This document shows, in pieces, positions 6,895-15,983 of a stretch of 64,000 nt of DNA (the first letter of the stretch is position 1; every line of letters starts with the position of its first letter). The stretch is taken from the IMG/VR virus record IMGVR_UViG_3300050821_018050, positions 95,806-159,805 of that record. The stretch is one strand, 5' to 3'. Source of the stretch: a virus. The notes beneath the pieces are model-generated. The model was given only the letters and a program-made list of their open reading frames with translations. It ran no database searches and was not told where the DNA came from. The translations under genes and the position numbers were made by a program.

Positions 6895-9800
6895 AACGCA
6901 GACTTAAGGTCATTTCGGGCCAAAGATTGGACACACCGCACCTACGCTCAGTTGAGTCTAGCGTAGCAAACGATTTCGATTCAGCCATGCGCGGCCTAGT
7001 CACCGGTCTCAATACTCCTTACCTTATTCGTGGGTTCAATATCATCATCCCGACTTCCGCAATCCCTGCCTCAAGCCTACAAGTGCAGGTTTCTGATAGT
7101 GCAATCCTTCATTCAACTGCTGCCGAAGCAGGTACAATTTTATCGGTTCCAGCCGGTACTGTAAACGATATTCTTTCATCTTCTAGCGCAAATGTTTTAG
7201 GTGCATTCCAAAACGGCGTACCAAATTATGTGTCACTTGCTTACGTTCGCCAAACGGATCAAAGCACTGTAGATAATGTGCAAGTTTGGTCACAATCACA
7301 ACAATCCGAATTTTCTCGTATCGCCCCTATCGGAGATGTACTTTCTTATCAGTACGTAATTAGTACGAGCGGGTTTTCCACAAATTTACCGCTCTACATT
7401 GTAGGCACTACTAACACTGGTGCGGTTTCTTACATCACTAAAGCAGTTCCTTCTTTGTTTCGTTTAGGTCGAGGTGGCGCAGTACCTGATCCATATTATT
7501 CTTTTGATTATCACAGCCAAGAAAATACTACGCAATCTCCTACCGACCCGCGTCGCGAGTGGATTAATGGTAACACTTCGGTTACTCCAAACCCAGTAAC
7601 TGTATCTCCTGGTGATCCACCAGCGGCCTTCCTGTATGGTGATTTTAACATCAGCTCCATGAAAGAGTGGATGGATGCGATGATGACCCGTTTCAAAGAA
7701 ATTACGGGTTCAACTTACTGGTATACAGATGCCGCGCTCCCAGCATCTTCTCCTAGTCTTTTTAATACTTGGTATGATTCTGTTGGTTCAGTTTTAACTG
7801 GTACAGGGAACATGTCATACAATTTGGTACTAGAAACTTCCGCACCATCTTACGGTGAATACGAATCTTCTTTCACAGACCCAGAAATTAACGTAGGCGA
7901 TTCGTACATTACGGGGGTTACTTCTGGTAACCAAGCTACAATTTCTGCATTTAATGGTAATCAACTGATCATCAATTCTTTATTGAAATCAGGATTTATT
8001 CCTAACGAAGTTTTATATAATCGTCGTATTTATCGCCCAGATTTAACGAAATATTCTCTTACTTCTACCGCTCAAGGGTCTAACACGATCGCTATTTTGC
8101 AGCGCACGGCATTGAACTCTAATCCAGATATTCCAATTAGTTCTTGGTCATTTGCACCTTTAGGCGCTTCTGCGACAGCTACGGATATCACTGTCAATTT
8201 TACATCTGCCCATGGACTTTCTGTAGGAAATTACGTTGAATTCCGTTCGATGGATATCGCTAGTGAAGCGCCGAACGGCGTTTACATGATCAAATCCGTT
8301 CCTTCTACAACACAAGTAATTTATTCTACTTCTTATCGCCCATCTGGTACGCCTGGGGTTATTGGTGGTTCAACTGTTGCTCGTTTAGATATCAAAGTTA
8401 AACACCCATACATGCCTGAGTTTTCGGTTGAGTCATGGTCTTACACTGGTACCGCTATTAGTTTGATCGCTCCCGGCCATTCTTTAACAACAGGAGAAAC
8501 AGTTGTCGTTTATGGATTAGTTTCTACCACTAATGCACCAAATGGTCGTTTCACCATTACTGTGAATCCTGATCAGTCAATTAATTTTACCGCTGGTGCA
8601 ACCCCAACTGGTCCTGCAACCGTAAGCGGTGCAACTGTTCTTCCAGACCTCGTAACTTTTTTACTCACAGTCGATGGCGCGACACCAACCGATTATAATT
8701 TGGTGAATACACTTGCGACCGCTGCTTCTGACACCGATTTGGTCTATACCATCGGGCCTTCAAGTTTACCTTCTATCCCAGCCGCATCCGGTGCAATTAC
8801 ATTAGACGGTGTAGTAGCGATTAGCTCGGTCATTGACCCTGCAATCGTAAACTCTATCGCTTATGATGCTGCTCCAGTCACTGCGACAGGATCGATCGTA
8901 ATTAACACTACAACTGTAACTATTCCATCTACGGCAATTATTGCCCCAAATATGACAGTATCCGGTACAGGTATCCAAGCCGGATCAATTGTCGCTAATA
9001 TCATTGACTCAACTCATTTCGCTCTTAACCTAAACGCTACAGCTACTAATGCATCCGTCGCACTTACTTTCACATCACCTTCATTACTAGTAACCACCGC
9101 ATCACCTCATGGATACAATACAATTGCTGGACCTATTGATTTCACAATCTATGGTAATCCAGCATTAAGCCCATATATCACGACCTATACAAATGTGTCG
9201 ATCATTTACGATTCTCCGACTACTTTCCAAATCGTCGGTAACTCAATTACCAATCAAGGTACATACACTAATTCCGGGTTTGACCAAACTTACGCCCGTT
9301 TCCCAAATAATCCATACGCTGGTCCACTACAATGGACCAGCGATATGATCGTAAAGGGAATTATCGGTGATAAATATATCAAGATTCCACAAAGCGCTAC
9401 AGCTACCGGAACTCCTTTAGCGAACAAATTTAATATTAATGGCTTAACCGGCACGGCATATTTACAAAATGGTGAAGTTGCTTATGTTCTAATGGAACGT
9501 AACCAGTTACTTTCTGCCGGTGCAACTTATACTACTATCGGCGGATCGGCTGCCGTAGTTGGTTCTACTGTTCCGACTTATGTCGGAGGAACTGTTTTGT
9601 GTGTGGGTGACTTCGTTAAGTGGGAAGATGAATCCGAAACACAATGGTTACGAGTTTCTAATGAAGGATATCCTTCATTAAATGATGGCGATCAGCTTCC
9701 GTCCAATGCGACAACCTTCTACCTGATCACCGACAGCGGTCAGCCACCGACTCTAGCACAAAGACCCGCCAAGGCTGGCCGCATGGTTTATACGAAAGGT

Positions 9801-11651
9801 TTCTACGACGTAGTAACCGTAGCGCCTCATTGGCTAGTTGATGCTAGTGCGGATATTTATTGGATCGCGATACGTCGTGATAATGGTTCATCCAAGTCGC
9901 GCATTTATACCCGCGCCTTAGAATTAGACTTAGGTGAAGTTCGGGTGATCGATAGTCCAGAACCAGCGAATCTTTTAGTGTACACTGGTGCAGGATCAGA
10001 TGCTGCGGTTAATCCAAATTATTCTGTAATCGATCAAACCGGCCAATACCAAGCCACTCAATCTGTACAAGTTGGATCTAATTCTACTGACATCGACGTA
10101 TTTAGCCGCCAAGTAACATTTATTTCCTCGCCTGATTTGGGATTCCAAGCAGGTGATTTGATCACAAAAACTGTAGGTTCTTCGAGCTACACTTATGTAA
10201 TCGATCATCTCGTGACTAATCTTACTGTTGTGATGTCTACTGACGTGTCCACTCTTTCACCAGGCGATTCCGTAGTTTATTCTCGTGTAGATTATGTGGT
10301 TAGAGATCCTGACAATTTGACTTTAGGTATTCGCAAAGAAGATCGCGAATTAGCAAAAGTAAATACGGCTTTAACTAGACCGATCTACGACGAAAATGTT
10401 TATTTGCAACAAATTAATTTAAATGCAGGTGGCGGAGCTGTTTTTATCAAGTCCGGCTCTTTCATTTATAAAGGCACTCAATCTTCTCCAACTGCTTTGG
10501 CTTGGGTACTTCATGGTACTTCGAACCAAACAGAGACGATCGAAGGCTTCAACATCGGCATGCCGGGAGGTAAATTCGGTGCCACTTCGATATTAGTTAA
10601 TATCATCACAGGTTCATTTTTAGATGGCGACACAATTTTTCAAAACGGCGCTAGTTCGCTCTATACCGTTAATAATCCAGGTAACCCAGCTTTTGTATCT
10701 CCTGCTATCTTAGCCACAAGTAACGTAGAAATTGTTCTACCGCCAAATAAGCGCACACAAACAGTTGGCTCTAGTTATGTGGTATGGCCTACAAATGCAT
10801 CATACAAGGCATCTCTGGACAGTAACTTGGCCGGTGAAGAGCTTTTAGTAATTGCAAATGATTCAATTCGCCAAGCTAATTTAGATTATATTGAAACTTA
10901 CGGTGGACCTAAAGGTAAAATTGAGTTTGCTCGTGACTTACCAGCAAATACTCGCATGCGTTTTCGTTGTTTGCCTTCCTACGGTTCTGCTCTGATTAAA
11001 ACTTCCGGTGCGATCACTATGCAGTTAGCTTATGATGGCGGAAATATCGTATCAGTATTACCAGGCCGCCCCGCTTCTTATATCAGTGGCGATGGAATTA
11101 CTACTTTCAATGTGACTGGCGATTTCCAAATGTCATCTTCTAATGTTGGTGGCGTTTCACTAAAAGGTTCTATCGACAGAGCTTTCAATGTGGGCACGTC
11201 TGCATTACGAGCTAATCAAGTATGGGCTGCGATGCAAAACATCAAAACCAATACTGGATATACTGGATCACAAGCTACGCAATTCACTGCAGCAGGTACT
11301 TCGACCACAACCGCAGCCTTCATTATTCCTAACTCAAACATTACTCTTGTAACTGGTCAAGCCGCCAATATTGTAATAACAGGCGTCGCTCGCAGATCTG
11401 AAGGAGTCACGCTTCCAACCACACCAGGCGCAGCTTCCTTCCGACTGGAAGGGTGTTTTTATAATAACGGGGCTACCGCAGCAGCCGGTTCTCCATACAG
11501 TTTGATCGGTGGTGCATACGGCGATGGTATAAGCTATGCACTTACGTTCGGAGTCTCCGGTAACGATGTAGTCGCGGTTGCTTTCGGTGAGAATGCCGCT
11601 GTCGAATGGGCCATTAATATCGAAGTTCAGATGGTTTCTCTCCCTACTTAG
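6885..11651 (+). CDS. large virion structural protein (baseplate/fibre-like), 1588 aa
   Basis: Thr/Ser/Gly-rich beta protein with repeated (A/S)HGL.xG..V modules; late-strand orientation. Confidence 0.75.
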   Translation: MSVKRRLKVISGQRLDTPHLRSVESSVANDFDSAMRGLVTGLNTPYLIRGFNIIIPTSAIPASSLQVQVSDSAILHSTAAEAGTILSVPAGTVNDILSSSSANVLGAFQNGVPNYVSLAYVRQTDQSTVDNVQVWSQSQQSEFSRIAPIGDVLSYQYVISTSGFSTNLPLYIVGTTNTGAVSYITKAVPSLFRLGRGGAVPDPYYSFDYHSQENTTQSPTDPRREWINGNTSVTPNPVTVSPGDPPAAFLYGDFNISSMKEWMDAMMTRFKEITGSTYWYTDAALPASSPSLFNTWYDSVGSVLTGTGNMSYNLVLETSAPSYGEYESSFTDPEINVGDSYITGVTSGNQATISAFNGNQLIINSLLKSGFIPNEVLYNRRIYRPDLTKYSLTSTAQGSNTIAILQRTALNSNPDIPISSWSFAPLGASATATDITVNFTSAHGLSVGNYVEFRSMDIASEAPNGVYMIKSVPSTTQVIYSTSYRPSGTPGVIGGSTVARLDIKVKHPYMPEFSVESWSYTGTAISLIAPGHSLTTGETVVVYGLVSTTNAPNGRFTITVNPDQSINFTAGATPTGPATVSGATVLPDLVTFLLTVDGATPTDYNLVNTLATAASDTDLVYTIGPSSLPSIPAASGAITLDGVVAISSVIDPAIVNSIAYDAAPVTATGSIVINTTTVTIPSTAIIAPNMTVSGTGIQAGSIVANIIDSTHFALNLNATATNASVALTFTSPSLLVTTASPHGYNTIAGPIDFTIYGNPALSPYITTYTNVSIIYDSPTTFQIVGNSITNQGTYTNSGFDQTYARFPNNPYAGPLQWTSDMIVKGIIGDKYIKIPQSATATGTPLANKFNINGLTGTAYLQNGEVAYVLMERNQLLSAGATYTTIGGSAAVVGSTVPTYVGGTVLCVGDFVKWEDESETQWLRVSNEGYPSLNDGDQLPSNATTFYLITDSGQPPTLAQRPAKAGRMVYTKGFYDVVTVAPHWLVDASADIYWIAIRRDNGSSKSRIYTRALELDLGEVRVIDSPEPANLLVYTGAGSDAAVNPNYSVIDQTGQYQATQSVQVGSNSTDIDVFSRQVTFISSPDLGFQAGDLITKTVGSSSYTYVIDHLVTNLTVVMSTDVSTLSPGDSVVYSRVDYVVRDPDNLTLGIRKEDRELAKVNTALTRPIYDENVYLQQINLNAGGGAVFIKSGSFIYKGTQSSPTALAWVLHGTSNQTETIEGFNIGMPGGKFGATSILVNIITGSFLDGDTIFQNGASSLYTVNNPGNPAFVSPAILATSNVEIVLPPNKRTQTVGSSYVVWPTNASYKASLDSNLAGEELLVIANDSIRQANLDYIETYGGPKGKIEFARDLPANTRMRFRCLPSYGSALIKTSGAITMQLAYDGGNIVSVLPGRPASYISGDGITTFNVTGDFQMSSSNVGGVSLKGSIDRAFNVGTSALRANQVWAAMQNIKTNTGYTGSQATQFTAAGTSTTTAAFIIPNSNITLVTGQAANIVITGVARRSEGVTLPTTPGAASFRLEGCFYNNGATAAAGSPYSLIGGAYGDGISYALTFGVSGNDVVAVAFGENAAVEWAINIEVQMVSLPT

Positions 11652-11781
11652 TATCAATTTCAAACTTCCAACTGTAGCGCCCTATAATTCCGTTTGCTTT
11701 TTGCCAAACAATTAAATTCCACCACTTTACGTACTCGAATAGATCCCCGGATCGTTTATTCCACTCATAATTACTTATCAT
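11644..11781 (-). CDS. YxW-family microprotein, 45 aa
   Basis: MISNYEWNKRSGDLFEYVKWWNLIVWQKANGIIGRYSWKFEIDTK. Confidence 0.7.
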   Translation of the reverse strand: MISNYEWNKRSGDLFEYVKWWNLIVWQKANGIIGRYSWKFEIDTK

Positions 11782-11950
11782 ATAATCCAAAATTCGCCGT
11801 TGCTGGTGGTCTGATTTCACGTAAACTTACGATTATTTTAATGGTACCATTGTAAAACTCAAGCCAATTAAAATCTGTTTTATCGAAATTAATATTACCA
11901 GTTCGTTGTGACCATTTTACTGTATGTCCGACTATAGAGTATTTTTTCAT
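11771..11950 (-). CDS. microprotein, 59 aa
   Basis: ORF track 11771-11980; coupled start MKKYSI. Confidence 0.6.
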   Translation of the reverse strand: MKKYSIVGHTVKWSQRTGNINFDKTDFNWLEFYNGTIKIIVSLREIRPPATANFGLYDK

Positions 11951-12078
11951 TTCGTAAAATTTATATAAATTGTTCGACACCAGTCATCGATTACATGTGG
12001 CCTTAATTTGTGTTTATCCCAGACACTCGGGCCATGCTGTAACCAACGATATGTAGCTCTGCCATTATAGATGATCAT
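11947..12078 (-). CDS. YxW-family microprotein, 43 aa
   Basis: MIIYNGRATYRWLQHGPSVWDKHKLRPHVIDDWCRTIYINFTK. Confidence 0.65.
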   Translation of the reverse strand: MIIYNGRATYRWLQHGPSVWDKHKLRPHVIDDWCRTIYINFTK

Positions 12079-12229
12079 TTTTTGAATGCCACTCGATTAC
12101 AGATGCTGCGTAAAACATCACCGAAGCCAGAGCTGATAGCCAACCCGTAAGTCCACCGGAAATAATTCCACAAGCGCACCAAATCATGCAGGCCGTTAAT
12201 CTGATTCGTAAAATATTAATTGGCCGCAT
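12065..12229 (-). CDS. small membrane protein, 54 aa
   Basis: MRPINILRIRLTACMIWCACGIISGGLTGWLSALASVMFYAASVIEWHSKNDHL. Confidence 0.6.
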   Translation of the reverse strand: MRPINILRIRLTACMIWCACGIISGGLTGWLSALASVMFYAASVIEWHSKNDHL

Positions 12230-12437
12230 ATTTTTTTACCCTTGTATTTTCTTTAGTAGACAAATAATTTAAATTTTTATCCCACAATTCAATTCTGTAT
12301 AATCGTGCAGTCCCAGACCGTGATTTTGTTAAACTTCCTGGTGCATGCGAGCAATAGAGCATGTCAGCATACTGGAATTTAATATCCATTTCGTCTGTAG
12401 GGGCATCTAATTGTGAATAATATTTGGGTCTTTTCAT
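12216..12437 (-). CDS. small hypothetical protein
   Basis: ORF track; ATGA overlap. Confidence 0.6.
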   Translation of the reverse strand: MKRPKYYSQLDAPTDEMDIKFQYADMLYCSHAPGSLTKSRSGTARLYRIELWDKNLNYLSTKENTRVKKYAAN

Positions 12438-12682
12438 TTTTTAATACCCAGAACTTTTAAAAATTCTTCAATTCCATCTCCACTAAATTTAGTCTTCATG
12501 TGAATAAAAGTTCCGGTTGAAGGCCAGTAATCATACTGTCTGCACCGAATATGGTAATCATTTATCCATCGAAATTTAATATTATTTTTTTCAAGCTGCG
12601 CAACTGCATTAGCTTTTCGTTTTTCGTTTTTATTGCGCAAATATTGTTTATGTTCTCTCCATTCATCGCCAATATCAGTCAT
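12434..12682 (-). CDS. phage hypothetical protein (DYWPSTG motif)
   Basis: ORF track; coupled start MTDIGD. Confidence 0.7.
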   Translation of the reverse strand: MTDIGDEWREHKQYLRNKNEKRKANAVAQLEKNNIKFRWINDYHIRCRQYDYWPSTGTFIHMKTKFSGDGIEEFLKVLGIKK

Positions 12683-12768
12683 TTCCACTCCAATTCAAAC
12701 GATACTGTATAAATACCGTCATCTATATGCCAATGCATGTAATGCCATTGATGCCATCTATAAAACAT
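12679..12768 (-). CDS. minimal YxW-family microprotein, 29 aa
   Basis: MFYRWHQWHYMHWHIDDGIYTVSFELEWK; TAATG and ATGA overlaps. Confidence 0.7.
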   Translation of the reverse strand: MFYRWHQWHYMHWHIDDGIYTVSFELEWK

Positions 12769-12935
12769 TATTTATGTAACCAGTGCCTATACAAAAGATT
12801 ATCGTCCGCTCGCCATGACCATGGACTATATTGACCACTGGTGATACCATTTTCCTCATAGAATTGCGACAAAAAGTGTCTATAGTGTTTTCCAGATGGA
12901 TCTTTGTTTAAACTAAAAACAAATTCAACTTTCAT
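12768..12935 (-). CDS. microprotein, 55 aa
   Basis: ORF track 12768-12959; start MKVEFV directly after the upstream stop. Confidence 0.6.
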   Translation of the reverse strand: MKVEFVFSLNKDPSGKHYRHFLSQFYEENGITSGQYSPWSWRADDNLLYRHWLHK

Positions 12936-12936
12936 A

Positions 12937-13023
12937 TTATGGTTGAATGAAAATTCCAATTAGTAGAGAGATCCCAACAACCAAAATGATACCTAAAACG
13001 AATAAACTTGCCTTTTTCAGCAT
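12937..13023 (-). CDS. single-TM peptide, 28 aa
   Basis: MLKKASLFVLGIILVVGISLLIGIFIQP. Confidence 0.65.
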   Translation of the reverse strand: MLKKASLFVLGIILVVGISLLIGIFIQP

Positions 13024-13024
13024 A

Positions 13025-13360
13025 TTACACCACTGTTTCGCGATAAGCCGCAATCAATCGTTCTTTTAAAGCGATTTCAGAAGGTGATCCAACAAGCTCA
13101 TTCGAAGTTAAATCTCGACCTAACGCTTGAGAGACCGCGAAGGTGCTGGTAACGCCCAGATAAGCATATCCGCCTCCTGGCCCCCGCTTAACGAGTACCA
13201 GATTGGCAACCTTAAGCTTGCGCATCGTTTGTTCAACGAATGCCACGGTAGAGTCAACGCCCTTAGCCAGTTGCTCGCAGGTTAAATACCCGGCACCTTC
13301 AGCTTGTTTTAAGATTTGTAACGATCGTACTGCAATTTCGAACTGTCTATTTAATTTCAT
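13025..13360 (-). CDS. Rrf2-family winged-helix transcriptional regulator
   Basis: MKL....AVR.L..L...LA......FVEQ.MRKL..ANLV...RGPGGGY signature. Confidence 0.85.
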   Translation of the reverse strand: MKLNRQFEIAVRSLQILKQAEGAGYLTCEQLAKGVDSTVAFVEQTMRKLKVANLVLVKRGPGGGYAYLGVTSTFAVSQALGRDLTSNELVGSPSEIALKERLIAAYRETVV

Positions 13361-13403
13361 ATTACCAGCATCTCATGGTTTTTGGGGATAGTCAACTACT
13401 TTT

Positions 13404-13574
13404 TTAAAACTCAAACGTAAAATATTGTCCAAAGGCTTGTTTAGGGAGAGTCCATAATAGTAAGTGCCTAATTTTAAATCGATTAAATTCAAGTACTGGA
13501 TAATAGTCGAGGTATGAACAATATTTGTTTAATCCAACACTATCAGTACCGATATATTCGTATTTAAAATCCAT
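13404..13574 (-). CDS. microprotein, 56 aa, C-terminal YFTFEF
   Basis: ORF track 13404-13592; start MDFKYEY. Confidence 0.65.
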   Translation of the reverse strand: MDFKYEYIGTDSVGLNKYCSYLDYYPVLEFNRFKIRHLLLWTLPKQAFGQYFTFEF

Positions 13575-13576
13575 GA

Positions 13577-13750
13577 TTAATAATTTATCCAAAACGTGAT
13601 ATACGCATTACTATGCTGTGGTTCCATAGCTTTGCTACCAATATACATAATAGGCCATTTTTTAACTTCTGGGTATTTAGAGATTTCACGGCCAATTCCC
13701 GAGCCCAACTCTTTGACCCCGTGCCACCTATAAAGTATTTTAATGTTCAT
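13577..13750 (-). CDS. YxW-family microprotein, 57 aa
   Basis: MNIKILYRWHGVKELGSGIGREISKYPEVKKWPIMYIGSKAMEPQHSNAYITFWINY. Confidence 0.65.
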   Translation of the reverse strand: MNIKILYRWHGVKELGSGIGREISKYPEVKKWPIMYIGSKAMEPQHSNAYITFWINY

Positions 13751-13902
13751 TTATATCTCAACATACTCGGACGCCAAAAATCGGTAAGGGTGGTAATATA
13801 AATGGATACCCCATCCCCAAAATTATTAACTCTAATTCTGTAGAAGAAATCTTGACGATCATCGGCAAGAAAATATGCGGGCACCCAATAATGTTTTTTC
13901 AT
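13747..13902 (-). CDS. microprotein, 51 aa
   Basis: MKKHYWVPAYFLADDRQDFFYRIRVNNFGDGVSIYITTLTDFWRPSMLRYK; ATGA overlaps. Confidence 0.65.
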   Translation of the reverse strand: MKKHYWVPAYFLADDRQDFFYRIRVNNFGDGVSIYITTLTDFWRPSMLRYK

Positions 13903-13994
13903 AGTTTAAGTTCAAACATGTAACTGTGGGACCAATGCTCAGTCGCCGGTCCCACATGGTAAATTGCCACTAATCGAATCCATTCATAATTCAT
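13899..13994 (-). CDS. YxW-family microprotein, 31 aa
   Basis: MNYEWIRLVAIYHVGPATEHWSHSYMFELKL; TAATG/ATGA overlaps. Confidence 0.7.
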   Translation of the reverse strand: MNYEWIRLVAIYHVGPATEHWSHSYMFELKL

Positions 13995-14236
13995 TAATAA
14001 TCTTTAGTTACTTGCCAAAAGATGCCAATTAAAAATGTAGTCAAAAGTGCCGTTAGATAAAAACTGTATGGGTGAGCGATAGAGGGAAGCAAATAAGTCA
14101 CAATTAAGACACTTAAGGCAATCGAAAGACCCAAAAACGCTACAAATAATACAGAAGTGAGCAATAGTATGCCTATATATAAAAGCATAATAAAGCCACT
14201 ATAGAAAATATTCTGAACAAAGCGTAATATTGACAT
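13994..14236 (-). CDS. small membrane protein (2-3 TM)
   Basis: ORF track; hydrophobic; ATG 6 nt after a promoter -10 box. Confidence 0.7.
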   Translation of the reverse strand: MSILRFVQNIFYSGFIMLLYIGILLLTSVLFVAFLGLSIALSVLIVTYLLPSIAHPYSFYLTALLTTFLIGIFWQVTKDY

Positions 14237-14239
14237 TCT

Positions 14240-14419
14240 TTAATAGTAATATAATTTTTGCATGAAGTCAAATGTTTTCGAATGACAAATAGCGCACCGG
14301 TCGAAATAAAAGGTTACTTTTAAATCTTTTTCATCAACTATATGTAATACTTGTTCAAATATGCTACATTTTGAGCAGTGCTGGTGGGTTATTGAACCTC
14401 GCCGAAATGTATATTTCAT
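14240..14419 (-). CDS. zinc-ribbon microprotein, 59 aa
   Basis: MKYTFRRGSITHQHCSKC...RCAICHSKTFDFMQKLYYY; two CxxC. Confidence 0.65.
   Translation of the reverse strand: MKYTFRRGSITHQHCSKCSIFEQVLHIVDEKDLKVTFYFDRCAICHSKTFDFMQKLYYY
14243..14271 (-). promoter_or_regulatory. sigma70-type promoter
   Basis: TTGACT-17 nt-TACTAT. Confidence 0.6.
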
Positions 14420-14568
14420 TTCCAGTCCCGATCATCGATATAGTCCATTTGAAAATCCCAAGTAAGCATTACTCCATCCTTGGTGGGTCCCATTACCCAT
14501 TTATATGGTGACCCAATGCCATAACCCCAAACATACTGGGCTCCAGTAATGGTCGTGATTTTGTTCAT
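14416..14568 (-). CDS. YxW-family microprotein, 50 aa
   Basis: ORF track 14416-14610; TAATG-coupled start MNKITTITGAQYVWG...WDFQMDY. Confidence 0.65.
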   Translation of the reverse strand: MNKITTITGAQYVWGYGIGSPYKWVMGPTKDGVMLTWDFQMDYIDDRDWK

Positions 14569-14687
14569 TATCCGAATCCCGCGCAGTTCTTGCGGTGGAG
14601 ATGCGCCCATAAGGCAAACATATACAGATTTCCCTTGCCTTGGATTTCAATTATTTCTTTGTAAACTCTTCTTTCAAAATCCGTCAT
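14568..14687 (-). CDS. microprotein, 39 aa
   Basis: MTDFERRVYKEIIEIQGKGNLYMFALWAHLHRKNCAGFG. Confidence 0.6.
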   Translation of the reverse strand: MTDFERRVYKEIIEIQGKGNLYMFALWAHLHRKNCAGFG

Positions 14688-14839
14688 GGCTCCCACACAA
14701 TTAGTATTTTTACTTTGTCAATATGCTTGCCGCCGCTTTGCACATATTTATAACAGTTCCCTAGTGGTCGTCCAGTCATGATAATGTCAATTATACTATC
14801 TACGGTATTTTCCGTAGTCCACAAATAAATCTGCTTCAC
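14684..14839 (-). CDS. YxW-family microprotein, 51 aa
   Basis: GTG start; MKQIYLWTTENTVDSIIDIIMTGRPLGNCYKYVQSGGKHIDKVKILIVWEP. Confidence 0.65.
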   Translation of the reverse strand: MKQIYLWTTENTVDSIIDIIMTGRPLGNCYKYVQSGGKHIDKVKILIVWEP

Positions 14840-14976
14840 GACAAAAATTCCATCGTAAACCAATTATGTGATTTAATATTATTTTGATCAAAATAAATCA
14901 ATTGAGTCCAATGGTTATAACCATTTTTATTTTGCTGAACCATAGTCACAAATACTGGGCTAAATGCGTATTTCAT
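14836..14976 (-). CDS. microprotein, 46 aa
   Basis: MKYAFSPVFVTMVQQNKNGYNHWTQLIYFDQNNIKSHNWFTMEFLS. Confidence 0.65.
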   Translation of the reverse strand: MKYAFSPVFVTMVQQNKNGYNHWTQLIYFDQNNIKSHNWFTMEFLS

Positions 14977-15119
14977 TCGTCCTTTCCTCCAAAATAAACA
15001 AAATCAAAAATCACTTTCTTTTTAGAAGATTCGTACACTCTAATGTAGGCATGTCGTCCATATTGATTGGCCCCAGCCCTTTGAGAAAATACTATGCTCC
15101 AGGCGTAATTGTCACTCAT
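14973..15119 (-). CDS. YxW-family microprotein, 48 aa
   Basis: ORF track 14973-15167; start MSDNYAW...VIFDFVY. Confidence 0.7.
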   Translation of the reverse strand: MSDNYAWSIVFSQRAGANQYGRHAYIRVYESSKKKVIFDFVYFGGKDE

Positions 15120-15246
15120 CGAACGATTCCTCGCTAAATGATTCTGTAAGGGTAAGCCTACAAGCACTGTAAAATCCGCCTGATCTGTAAATCTCTAATA
15201 CAAATCCCTGTATTGTCCATCCATATTCATACCATTTATAATTCAT
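15112..15246 (-). CDS. YxW-family microprotein, 44 aa
   Basis: MNYKWYEYGWTIQGFVLEIYRSGGFYSACRLTLTESFSEESFDE. Confidence 0.7.
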   Translation of the reverse strand: MNYKWYEYGWTIQGFVLEIYRSGGFYSACRLTLTESFSEESFDE

Positions 15247-15248
15247 AA

Positions 15249-15395
15249 TTACGGCAGATCCATGCTATCTATATAAACTTCCCACTGCGTACCGAATTTT
15301 TCTATGGGGTAAATTACTGACCGAAACCTATAAACATAATAATAATGCCCAATAATATTACCATATTGCCACGTACCTTCTCTAACCCAATTCAT
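15249..15395 (-). CDS. aromatic-rich microprotein, 48 aa
   Basis: MNWVREGTWQYGNIIGHYYYVYRFRSVIYPIEKFGTQWEVYIDSMDLP; GAGG RBS. Confidence 0.7.
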   Translation of the reverse strand: MNWVREGTWQYGNIIGHYYYVYRFRSVIYPIEKFGTQWEVYIDSMDLP

Positions 15396-15520
15396 TTTTT
15401 ATCCTCATTGGCAATTTTGTCCAAATAATTTAATCTGCTGGAAGTTAAACGTTGGTACCGCCACCACCAAAGCCTTAGACGAGTATAGAAACTGATTTTC
15501 ATTTTGATTAATTGGCCCAT
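15392..15520 (-). CDS. basic microprotein, 42 aa
   Basis: MGQLIKMKISFYTRLRLWWWRYQRLTSSRLNYLDKIANEDKK. Confidence 0.6.
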   Translation of the reverse strand: MGQLIKMKISFYTRLRLWWWRYQRLTSSRLNYLDKIANEDKK

Positions 15521-15521
15521 T

Positions 15522-15686
15522 TTAATGAATATCTATCTGAATTACATTTGTTTTAACGTTATCATATACTCTGAAACTTGTCCAGTTGTTTATATTTAAT
15601 ATGGGGTTCCGCTGCCAGACTTCATAGCCTTGATGCGCATTTATAAGTTTACCGTATACCGTCATTCCATCCCAATTAATTTGCAT
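15522..15686 (-). CDS. microprotein, 54 aa
   Basis: MQINWDGMTVYGKLINAHQGYEVWQRNPILNINNWTSFRVYDNVKTNVIQIDIH. Confidence 0.65.
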   Translation of the reverse strand: MQINWDGMTVYGKLINAHQGYEVWQRNPILNINNWTSFRVYDNVKTNVIQIDIH

Positions 15687-15795
15687 AATTAACCAAAATC
15701 CTAATGTAGAGCTTGGCTAATGTATAAGTAAACGGGATATATTCTCCGCTTACTAAATCCAGATATGGTCCATTTGGCATCCAAGTGTATTTCAT
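15676..15795 (-). CDS. YxW-family microprotein, 39 aa
   Basis: MKYTWMPNGPYLDLVSGEYIPFTYTLAKLYIRILVNYAN; ATGA overlap. Confidence 0.7.
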   Translation of the reverse strand: MKYTWMPNGPYLDLVSGEYIPFTYTLAKLYIRILVNYAN

Positions 15796-15983
15796 CGGAA
15801 TAATAACCAAGTAAAAAATATCGCTAAAATACCAAAAATTACTGCCAAAATAACTGCTGCATAAAAAAGATGGTCAAAATCGTGATCAAAATTTGGAAGT
15901 TCACGATGAACAAATCTAATCAAGCATTTTTTGTCGCTAACAAAAGATTGATGATAACCTCTTTCCCATTCATAATTTTTCAC
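15792..15983 (-). CDS. YxW-family protein with C-terminal TM helix
   Basis: ORF track; MKNYEW...LFYAAVILAVIFGILAIFFTWLLFR. Confidence 0.7.
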   Translation of the reverse strand: MKNYEWERGYHQSFVSDKKCLIRFVHRELPNFDHDFDHLFYAAVILAVIFGILAIFFTWLLFR

